A DNA stretch of 63,875 nucleotides, filler included, from Chiloscyllium plagiosum (lineage: Eukaryota): assembly GCF_004010195.1 (NCBI RefSeq). It is 3 parts of one record of this genome, joined end to end, with 100 filler letters (N's around TTAATTAATTAA, not from the genome) between each part and the next. Parts side by side here need not be neighbours in the genome. Positions count along the whole stretch, not along the records: positions 28,257 to 60,254 come from NC_057711.1; positions 60,355 to 63,875 come from NC_057711.1; 1 more part is not named here. One strand, written 5' to 3'. Shown piece after piece: positions 52,530 to 62,532 of the stretch (position 1 is the stretch's first letter; each line of letters begins with the position of its first letter). The position numbers and the translations under genes are program-made. The notes beneath the pieces were generated by a model that did not search any database, was not told the DNA's origin, and was given only the letters and a program-made list of their open reading frames with translations.

Positions 52530-52833
52530 AGAGAAAACTGAGGTAGTTCATACACTGATTAATCAATAAGGAGAGGTATTAAATAGTCTGAAAATACTGA
52601 AAGTAGATAAGCCACTAGGCCTGATTGAGTTGCAATTAAACATATTGTGAGAAATGAGATTGTAAATCGCAGAGGCACTGGCAGTCAATTTTCAGTCTGC
52701 CTTCGGCTTAAGTTATAGAATCATAGAATCCCTACAGTGCAGAAAGAGGCCATTTGGCCCATCGTGTCTGCACCGATCCTTCAAAGAGAATACACTATCC
52801 AAGCAGCAGCCTCAATGCCCATAATGTTTAGTT

Positions 52834-53210
52834 GGTTAGCTTCTTGGGACAGAGAATAATCTCTGAAGAGGTGCTTTATGACACTGGTACAGAACTACGA
52901 ATATGTGAGGAGTTCAACAAAAACCACCAACATCCTCAACAGTTTTTGATGTCTGGACTGATCAGATGGTGCTCTGCAATATGGAACTGAGAGAAAGTTA
53001 TTTATGGTTCCACTATGCTGTGCATTACCCAGCCTAGCCATGCAGAGAAGAGAAGCCTTGGGAGAGGACTATTTGACAGAGGTAGTTCTGACCTCTCATG
53101 TCAACTGTGATAAGGATGAGGGTGAGCCACGCTTGCCAGGTGTGTGTGCCAGTCTAGATGCCTGGGAGACCAGGGAATCTCTTATGGTGAGAATATTCCA
53201 ACAGCAGTGC
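52834..53210 (+). pseudogene. PIF/Harbinger transposase (HARBI1-like) C-terminal fossil
   Basis: Manual translation G*LLG/DRE*SLKRCFMTLVQN ... F*CLD*SDGALQYGTERKLFMVPLCCALPSLA compared with the family motifs WLLGDxGYPLxxWLMTP and RFRCLDRSGGALQY...CCxLHN as I recall them. Confidence 0.8.
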
Positions 53211-53504
53211 ATCTCCTGCATAACAACATCTTGGCTTTTGTTACCCTTCTTGTGTTCTCTCCCTCTGAAGAACACAAGGACCGTGTCTGCTATGCGCAAT
53301 CTAGATTCATAAATATGCAGAGGGAGCCACATGAACACAGATCCCACAACAGCATTAACATAGCCCCAGTTCACCCACAGGTAATGCGTCAATGCAGCTG
53401 GAGCATCATGTAAAAAAGGACAATCAGTTATTTACAACATTTATTCACATTTTCGCAGGACTGTGGCTGCTTATGTGTCACCATAAGAAGTTTTTTTTAA
53501 GTCT

Positions 53505-53674
53505 TAGCGAGTTTTGAGAAGATTTGTAGTTCAGGTTGAGGTTCCAGATGCAGGTTTACTCGCTGAGCTGGAAGGTTCATTTTCAGAAGCTTCATTCCAA
53601 AGCTCACTGAAGATGTTACCTAATATGGTGATGATATGTCTGAAAACAAACCTTCCAGCTCAGCGAGCAAACCT
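53505..53674. mobile_element. Fold-back pseudo-LTR mini-element (family D, cognate to the Penelope at 21657-23708) with a decayed hammerhead
   Basis: Inverted arms 53552-53586 and 53639-53674. CTGAAGA-T-GTTACC-TAATAT-GGTGAT-GATAT-GTC at 53607-53640. TSD TTTTAAGTCT at 53495-53504 and 53678-53687. Confidence 0.82.
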
Positions 53675-55238
53675 TTGTTTTAAGTCTACTCACTTTCCTG
53701 AGAGGTGCCAGGATCTGGATGGGATTCAAGAATCTTGGAATCCCATCCAGATCCTGACTCCTCTCGGATTTTCACAAGCCTCAAAAATATAAAGCCAATA
53801 GTACTATCTTTCTAACTGTCCCCCCAGTTTCCAACATATTCACGAGCCCCCACCTTAAGCCCCTTCCGCATGGTTTTAAGGAATTATAAATGTGTGCCCT
53901 TAGAATCTCATCACTCTGAAGCCTTCCCCCAACTTCACTTCAACCAATGACTCTGCTCCAGTCATTGACTGCCCTCTTCTAGGGGAGTGAGAATGGTCAG
54001 GTTTGCAGTAAATACAATTGTGTGAACGAGGTATGGAAACCTGTTAGTGGCAGGAAAAGGATTTGATGCATTTAATGTTTTTCCAAAGGATACCATTAAT
54101 TAACCAAAAATCCTGCTTTGTATTCCTAATTCAAATTATTCTTTGGTGACATACAGCTGAGGAACCTTGACAAAAAACATGACCTATACTGCACATATCC
54201 TTTCTCTTTGTAAATAGTTTTTAATTCCTGCGACTTCTTATGTTGTTTTCACTTGTTTGCTGTATGGTTGAAAGGTTTCTTTAATCTACTCATTTTTGCA
54301 AATAAAGTGGCTGAGGAAAGACTTTGAACTATAAATATCAAAGAAAGAAAGAAAGGGTTAGAATTTGACTTGAGAAAAGGACAGAATGTAAGAATATGAG
54401 ACACTGCTCTTATTTGCCAATAACTCCAATAGGTCACACAATGCATCAAAGTTGATGCCATGGATGATAAAACAAGATCACAAAATGGTTTGATCTTTCA
54501 TGTCATGACTGGCAATAGATGTGCTATTTATTTCAATAGCTTTGTCAACAGAGATGTGACACCCTTTAAGCAACTGTCAAAATTTTGACAAGTTTTAAAA
54601 ATGGTAATTCTATGTAGCATAGAGGAGGTGAATGTGCTCAGAGGAGATGGGATGGTTGAAATATTAATGAAAATATGGTGTATAGCTAAGAGCTTGTGTA
54701 CTTCCATTTGCTCCATTTGATTTTTGAATAGGATGTAGTGGAATGTAAAAAATAATTCCAGAATTCTTTTTTTTTATGTAAAAAAAGAATCCATCTAATC
54801 CTATGCTTTCTGTGCTTTTAACTGAAAGCTGGAGTGCTACCTGTCCCCCTCTTGACTGTCCCAATAGTGACCTCATCTCTGAGATTCTGGAATATAAGGG
54901 CAAGGTTTACCTTACAGCTTCTGAGCCCCACATCAAACTGTAATGTGGGTCAGAATTCTGGACCATGTAGAAAGCAGGTCAGGAGGAGGTCCCTTGGGTG
55001 ACCAAATGTGAGCTTGAGTCAGTCTTGCCGTCTACTCTCAAAACCTAGGGTCAAGCAGAGCCTTTCCAGTTGAAAGCAAGTAATAGAGAGGGTACTTCAA
55101 GATGAAGGCGCCCTTTAAGAAGCTTTTTAAAATTTAGACTTGAAAGGATTATGTTAGGTTAAGGTTAAAGCTTTAGTCATATTGTCCATAATAACAAAAC
55201 TAGAAAAGCAAGAAAGAACTACAGATATACAAAGATTG

Positions 55239-55405
55239 GAGAAAGTGAGGACTGCAGAAGCTGGAGATCAGAGTCAAAAAGTGTAGCACTGGAAAAGCAC
55301 AGCAGGTCAGGCAGCATCCGAGGAACAGGAGAGTCAACATTTCGGGCATAAGCATTCCTGATGAAGGGCTTATGCTCGAAATGTTGACTCTCCTTCTTCC
55401 CGGAC
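55239..55405. mobile_element. Fold-back pseudo-LTR mini-element (family A)
   Basis: Left part is the reverse complement of the 38600-38700-type pseudo-LTR; arm 55331-55353 pairs with 55368-55390. Confidence 0.85.
55353..55390 (+). ncRNA. Minimal hammerhead ribozyme motif, near intact
   Basis: CTGATGA (55358-55364)-A-GGGC-TTAT-GCTC-GAAA-T-GTT|GAC; one G.U in stem II and a C>T change in helix III. Confidence 0.6.
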
Positions 55406-55438
55406 GATATATGGACAGTAAAGGCTAGAAGCTTAGGA

Positions 55439-55576
55439 CCCTCCTCCCTACCTTTTATCTTAGCCTGCTGGTCAAACTTTCCTCATTCCTGAAGAAGGGC
55501 TTATGCCCGAAACGTTGATTCTCCTGTTCCCTGGATGCTGCCTGACCTGCTGCGCTTTTCCAGCAACACATTTCCA
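55439..55576 (+). mobile_element. Penelope pseudo-LTR mini-element (family A), 138 bp, 15-bp TSD
   Basis: GCTAGAAGCTTAGGA at 55424-55438 and 55577-55591; body homologous to 38587-38665. Confidence 0.9.
55484..55521 (+). ncRNA. Minimal hammerhead ribozyme motif with complete catalytic core
   Basis: CTGAAGA (55489-55495)-A-GGGC-TTAT-GCCC-GAAA (55509-55512)-C-GTT|GA; palindrome AACGTT at 55511-55516; predicted cut after 55516; stem I is short. Confidence 0.75.
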
Positions 55577-56963
55577 GCTAGAAGCTTAGGAGCCACACTG
55601 TCAACAGGATAATGTTGGCCTTGGGTGAAATACAAACAATGTCTATGAAAGACTGTGAGAAAATAGCAGACCATGTAAGAGACCTCGAAAGAGAAGTGTA
55701 GGAATTCTAATATGTCTGTTTGAATTATTTCTACAAAGCTTGAAGCAGTTGGTAACACACCAGTGTTTAGATTTATATTTCACAGTTATAAGACTGGCTA
55801 TCCCTGCATACCCTCTTCCTGTGAAATAAGCAATTGTAACCTCATTTCCTGACTCCTCTATTGAGTTGTCCAATAACATCCTAAAAATATGTATTGCAGC
55901 TGGGTCCACTACGTTGGAAGAGGGAGGAGGGCCTCTGTACAGGTTAGCTTGCCCTCCTGCAGGGGGGAGGGGGTGCTCTGGCCCTGCCTGAAGTTCTAGT
56001 CCCCCTCCCACGCCCAACTCCCCACTCCCATTCTGCTGCCTAGGGATGTTTCTGAACTGGCCTCCACCATATGTGGGAACCTGTAGGACAATTGAAAAAT
56101 CCCAGTTGGTCTATTTCTTTTAATGGCCTTATAAAGCTGTTAATCAGCTGGATTGGCTATCTGCCTCTTAACCCTATCCACCCATTCCGTCCTAGACCAT
56201 TCCAACCTCAAAACAAGTGGCTCATGGAAACAGGGTGCAGCCAGTGAACTGGAACACTGACTGGCAGGACTAGCCTTTGGACCCTTTGATTTTGGCCCCA
56301 GTGAGCTATAAAAGTTAAGTCTCAAGAGTCAGTGCCTGTAGATAAAGTGCCCATTGTTATGGAGGTAAGTAATCCATTAGTTGTTGAATAACTGAATCCA
56401 CTTACACTTGTAGAAGTCTTCTGGGAATTGGAGTAACCATCCAGACAGATATAAATTTCTGCTAAATATTGCTTTTATTGATGCACTTACATCAGCCTAA
56501 TATTAACAGTTTAGTCACATCCATCACATAGAAGACACAAGGAGAAACCTTGCCCTCTCCTCTTCACCATCCGAGGTCAATTGACTGGCAATGGAAGAAA
56601 AATATTCACCCCAAATTGTAGATATTGTATAGAAATTACACATTTTCCATTCCTCCCACAACTTAGGGAATTGGACCTCATTTCCAATTGCAATTTCCAT
56701 CTAAGAAGTCACCACCCAGAAATACAGACTTTTTTTTGACTACTGACCTGATTGTTTAAACGGTCACTGTGAAGTGGAGCTAATCAAAATTGGAATAGAA
56801 ACACAAATTATTTTGAGTTTTGTGTGGTCCATCATTTAAGCCACCAGAAACAGTTGGGGATGGAGGTCACATAACACAGATAGACCCTGATGTATTTCTC
56901 ATGATGGTCAGCACTGAATTAAGCTGCCCAATAACCTCCCTGATCCTTTTTAAAAGTGTTACT

Positions 56964-59640
56964 TTATTCAGTTGTGGGAAGCGGGCGTCTTTGGCTGGGC
57001 TGACATTTTTTGCCCATGACCAGTTGCCCTTGAGAAGATGGTCTTCTTGAGCAGCTGCAATCCATGTGTCCTAGGAAGACCAACAAGGCTGATCGAAAGA
57101 GAGTTCCAGGATTTTGATCCAGCAACAATGAAGGAATGGCAATAATTTCCAAGTCGGATGGTGAATGGCTTGAAGGGAAGCTTGCAGGTGCTGTTCTTAT
57201 GTATCTGCTACCACTTGTCCTTCTAAATGAAACGATGGTGAATTTGGAAGGTGCTACCGAAGGTCTCTTGGTGAATTTCTGCAATGGATCTTTTAGGTGA
57301 TAAACACTGCTGCTACTGAACATCGGTGGTGGAGAGAGTGGATGCTTGTGGATATAGTGCCAAGCAAGTGATTGCTTTGTCCTCAATGTGTCAAGCTTCC
57401 TTGAGTCTTATTGAAGTGGCACTCATCCAGTTAAGTGGGAAGTATTCCATCGCACTTCTTACTCGTGCATTGTAGATGGTGGATAGACTTTGAGGAGTCA
57501 TGAGATGAGTTATCCACTGCAGGATTCTTAGCCTCTGACCTATCCTTGCAACCACTGGATTAATACGAATCCCATTCTGTTAGTGGTGAATAGTAATCCT
57601 GTAGGATGTTGATAGTGGGGTGTTTAGTGATCTTGATGCCGTTGAATGGCAAGGAGCAGTGATTAGATTATCTCTCATTGGAGATTTGTGGCACAAATGT
57701 TACTTCCCACTTTTCAGTCCAAACCTGAATGTTGCCCAAGTCTTAATGCAATCGGACAACGGACTGCTTCAATATGTGAAGAATTGAAAATGGCGCTGAA
57801 CATCATGCAATCATCAATGAACTTCCCTATTTTTGACCTTATGTGGGAGAAAACGTCATTGATGAAGCAGCTGAAGATGGTTGAGCCTAGGACATTATCC
57901 TGAGGAACTCCTGCAGAGATGTCCTGGAGCTGAGATAACTGACCTGCAATAACCACAGCCATCTTCTATATACAGGTATGACTCCAACCAGCGGAGTGCT
58001 TTCTCCTTGATCCCCATTCATTCCAGTTTGCTTGGGCTCCTTGATGTCACATTCTGTCAAATGCGACCTTTATGTCAAGGGCTGTCACTCTCAACTTACA
58101 TCTCGAATGAGCTCTTTTGTCCCTGTTTGAACCAATGCTACAATGAGGTCAAAACTGATCGGGCCTGACAGATCCCAAACTGAACGTCATTGAGCAGATT
58201 ATTGCTCAGCAGGTGTTGCTTGATAGCGCTCTTGATGACACCTTCCAGCACTTTACTGATGATCGAGAAAAGACTGATTGGGTAGAAATTGGCCAGGTTG
58301 GATTTTTTCCTGCTGTTTTTGTATAGGACATACCTGGGCAATGTTCCACATTGTCAGACAGATGCAAATGTTGTAGCAGTACAGGAATTGCTTGGTAGGA
58401 GTATGGAAGTTCTGGAGAACAAATCTTTGGTACTATTGCTGAAATGTTGTCAGAGCCCATAGCCTTTGTAGTATCAGGTATCTCTGATCATTTCTTGATA
58501 TCACATGGAGTGAATCAAATTGGCTGAGGATTATCATCTGTAATGCTGGGGACCTCTGGATGAGGTCTGGATGGGTCAATCCACTCAGCACTACTGGCTG
58601 AAGGTTGCTGCAAATGATTAAACATTATCTTTTGCACTGATGCGTTGGCCTCTTCCATCATTGAAGGTGAGGATATTTGTGCAGCTTCCTCCTCCAGTGA
58701 GTTACTTAATTGTCCACCACCATTCATGCTGGTTGTGGCAAGAGTGCAGAGCTCGGATCTGATCCATTAGCTGTGGGATCACTTAGCTCTGTCTGTCACT
58801 TACTGCTTATGCTGATTGGCATGCGAGTAGTCCTGCTTCATAGCTGCACCAGGTTGACACCTCATCTTCAGATATGCCTGATATTGCTCCTGGGATGCCC
58901 TCCTGTACTTTCCATTGAACCAGGGTTGATTCTCTGGCTTGATGGTAATGGTTGAGTTGGCAATATGCTGGGCCATGAGATTGTGCTGGAGTATAATTCT
59001 GCTGCTGTTGATGGCCTGCAGCACCTCTTGGATGTCCAGTTTTCAGTTGCTAGATCTCTTCAATATCTGTCCCATTTAGCATTGTAAAAGTGCTACACAA
59101 CACAATGTATTAATGTGAAGGTAGGACTTTGTCTCCACAAGGACAGTGCAACGGTCACTCTTATTGATACAGTTACTCAGATGCATCTGCAGCTGGCAGA
59201 TTGGTAAGGATGGAGTCAAGTGTGATTTTTCTTCTTGTTCGTTCTCTCACCATCTGCCATGGACTCAATCTTGCAGTTAGGTCCTTTAGGACTCGACCAG
59301 CTGGACCAGTAATACCGCTGCTGATAGTTATTTAAATCTCCCATCCAGAGTACAATCTGCACACTCGCCACCCTCAGTGTTTCCTCAAAGTGTTGTTCAA
59401 CATGGTGGAGCATTGAGTCATCAGTTGAGCGAGGACAGTATGTGGTAATCCTGTTTGACCTGGTGTCACAAGGATTCATGGTGTCTGGAGTCAATGTTGA
59501 GGACGCCCAGGGCAATTCCCTCAAGACTGTATAGCACTATGCAACCACCTTTATAGGGCATGATCTACTGATAGGACAGGATATATCCAGAGATAATGAT
59601 GGTGGTATCTGAGATAGTGTCTGTAAGGTTGAATATTCCT
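56964..59640 (-). mobile_element. Degenerate LINE of a second CR1/L2-group family (endonuclease and RT), probable partner of SINE family B
   Basis: LWMGDLN, KPENQPWFN, SNLANFYPISLFSIISKVLE, SAGVPQDNVLGSTIFSCFIND...KFIDD. Its 3' tail matches the SINE B tail. Confidence 0.88.
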
Positions 59641-59889
59641 TGAGTATGAGAAAGTTGTTGGAGGGCATTCTGAGAAACAGAATTGACATGCATTTGGAGA
59701 GGCAAGTGCTGATTAGGGATAGGCTGCATGGTTTTATGCATGGGAAATCATGTTGGACAAACTTGATTGAGTTTTTTGAGGACATTACCAAGAAGATAGA
59801 TGAGGGTAGAGCGGTCAATGTTGTTTATCTGGACTATAGCAAGGCGTTTGACAAGATTTCACATGGTAGGCTGATTAGTAAAGTTAGAC
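59641..59889 (+). mobile_element. CR1-type RT fragment
   Basis: KLLEGILRNRI...HGFMHGKSCWTNLIEFFE...DYSKAFDKISHGRL. Confidence 0.9.
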
Positions 59890-60254
59890 CTCTGCCACCC
59901 CATCTGTAAGATTCCAATTAATGTTACACTCCAATTAATGTCAGAACCCCTGCAACCTCCTCCCTTACCTTCTACAGCAGCCTGCAATAAGTGTCATAGA
60001 TGTCATTGAAATGATATCCCTTGCCATTTCACTGCTTTATTTTTTTTATTTCAAAAATATACTTTATTCATAAATACTTTGATCTATACAACTGGACATG
60101 CCATCCTTCTGTAAACATTCCATTTCTTTGCTTTTCGAAACAGAGTAATCATTCCTATTTACAGGTTGGTACGATTACATTTTGAGCTGAGGCGCCAGCA
60201 GAGCCCAAATGACTGCGTGGGCCCCCTGTTCTTCTTAGGCAGGCAGATGTTACT

Positions 60255-60354
60255 NNNNNNNNNNNNNNNNNNNNNNNNNNNNNNNNNNNNNNNNNNNNTT
60301 AATTAATTAANNNNNNNNNNNNNNNNNNNNNNNNNNNNNNNNNNNNNNNNNNNN
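60255..60354. other. Assembly gap: 44 N + TTAATTAATTAA + 44 N
   Basis: Same 100-bp layout as 28157-28256. Confidence 0.95.
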
Positions 60355-60783
60355 GCCGACCAGTAAACTTTTTCGAAAGAGCTCCAGCGGTCGAGCGCCA
60401 GTTGGGCTCTATCCCGGCGACCCCGAGTTTCCTCGGCAAATCCCCGGAGTTCCTCGAGGGGAATGAGGGGAAGATCGGTGGGGGGCACCTGGGACTCAAA
60501 AATGTCACTGCAGACAGAGTCCGCGTCGTCCCCGGTGTCCGCCACCGATCCCGAACCCTTCTCCGGGAGGTCGCCCTCGGTCACCGACCCCTCCCCCACC
60601 AGGAGGATGGGGGCTGGTCCGGCGCCGCCAACCGGCCTCAAACCCCCGGCGACCCCACCCCCAGGGTCACCGGCGGTACCTTCCTCGGCGCACACCTTCC
60701 CGGAACGCCCCGAGTTCGGGTCGTCGGGCGGCAGAGGCTCAGGGCCCCGCTCCTCTCCCGACACCGGGACCCTGGCTCCTCGG

Positions 60784-60837
60784 GGAAAAGGTCATCCCCC
60801 AGGAAAAGGTCATCCCCCAGGAAAAGGTCATCCCCCA
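60784..60837. repeat. Perfect 18-bp x3 tandem repeat (GGAAAAGGTCATCCCCCA) in Tx1 ORF1 region
   Basis: Read directly; translates as LGDDLF x3 on the minus strand. Confidence 0.95.
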
Positions 60838-61610
60838 GGGTCAAGGCCCCCGGAAAAACAGTCTGGGAGGGAGGAGCGAGGATAACACCCTCCTCCCCTC
60901 CACCACACAACGACCCAGCAGAGGGTCCTCCGTCGTCGCCCGCACCACGGCCCTCGTGGTTATTAAGGTCCTCCCCAGGGGCCGGAGGAGTTGAGGCAGC
61001 AGGATGCCCTGCTGTAGCCCCCGGGGGTCCGGGTGGGTCGGGCCACGGCGCGGGACAGCCGAGGGGCACCGTTGGTTCATCCCCCGGAGAGGGGCAGCGC
61101 CGCCGGCGCGCTGCTGGAATGCCTCTCCCCTCTAGGGGCCAGTGCCTCTTCCCCCAGAGAGACCGGGGGGTATTTATGGGCCTTCCCCTCCCCGCCCGCC
61201 TTGGTGGTCATGGGGCCCGAGGTCCCTCCCCCCAGCCTTTCCCCGAATACAATCGGCTGGGGGAAGACAGGGGGTGTGGCCAGGGTGTGGAGGGTCAGCC
61301 GTGTCACTTCCTGCCCTGCCCCGCCCCTGCCCTCTCCGGGGCCCAGAGACACGGTCGCTGCAGGAGGTGGGGCAGCGGTGGTTCCCCCCAGGTTAGTGCC
61401 AGGGCCTGGCTGGGTTGGGCAGGGCTCGGGCTCAGGTGCCCCCGGGCGAGGTGTTGCAGTGCCGGGGCAGGCGTTGAATCTCGAGGGGTTTCTCTACCGG
61501 GGTGGGGAGTGGGTGTGGGGTCAGTGGGGTTAGGATCAGGTATGGGTTTGAGGGTCAGGGTTCCCGCGCCGGGGTGACACTGGCACGGCCGCAGGGGCAT
61601 TGTCGTGCCG

Positions 61611-62532
61611 GGGCAGGGCAGGTCGTGGGCTAGGTGTCGGGGAAGGGGATAGGGTGGCCTCCCCGTGGGCTGGCCTGACGCGTCGCGTCTTCTTCTGCGC
61701 CTTCTGGCCGGCCGGACGCTCACCCCCCTCCCTGCCAGAGGCTGAAGTATTGGAAGCCTCTGGCTTCGGTGCCGGGGCTGGAGGTGTTGACTTCGGGGGA
61801 GGGGGAGTGGGTGCGGCGGCACCACCATCAGCCGTTGGCACTGGCTGGGCAGCCTTCTGTGTGGGGCAGTTTTTCCTTATGTGCCCCACCTCGTGGCACA
61901 GGTGGCACCGCACGCCATCCGCCGTCCAGAAGGCGCAGTAGGCCACGCCCTCGTGGAGGACGGTAAAATTGCCCTCGGTGACCTCCTCCCGGGCCAGGCA
62001 AATAAATACCTGGCGCCGGAAGGAGTAGATGTGTCTGAGGGCAGGGTCCTTCAGACCGAGCAGGAGCGGTTGGACCAGGGCAGGGCAGGTCGGGGGCTAG
62101 GTGTCGGGGAAGGGGATAGGGTGGTCTCCCCATGGGCAGGCTTGACGCGCCGCGTCTTTTTCTGCGCCTTCTGGCCGGCCGGACGCTCACCCCCCTCCCT
62201 GCCAGAGGCTGAAGTGTTGGAAGCCTCTGCCGGGGCTGGAGGTGTTGGCTTCGGGGGAGGGGGAGTGGGTGCGGCGGCAGCACCATCAGCCATCGGTGCG
62301 GGCTGGGCGGCCTTCTGGGTGGGGCAGTTTTTTCTTATGTGCCCCACCTCGCGGCACAGGTGGCACCGCACGCCGTCCGCCGTCCAGAAGGCACGGTAGG
62401 CCGCGCCCTCGTGGAGGACGGTGAAATTGCCCTCGGTGACCTCCTCCCGGGCCAGGCAAATAAACACCTGGTGTCGGAAGGAATAGATGTGTCTTAGGGC
62501 AGGGTCCTTCAGACCGAGCAGGAGCGGCTGGA
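61611..62532. repeat. Diverged tandem duplication of about 460 bp covering the Tx1 ORF1 zinc knuckle
   Basis: 61611-62074 aligns with 62078-62532, with a 9-bp indel and scattered substitutions. Confidence 0.93.

Noticed and set aside
53459..53517. Candidate fourth MFSD3 coding exon after TTTTCGCAG
   Set aside because: Phase-1 translation GLWLLMCHHKKFFLSLSEF* hits a stop and does not resemble the expected MFSD3 helix.
60402..61577. 391-aa + strand ORF and other overlapping GC-rich ORFs
   Set aside because: Antisense or alternative frames of GC-rich Tx1 ORF1; low-complexity Pro/Gly/Arg content with no recognisable domain.
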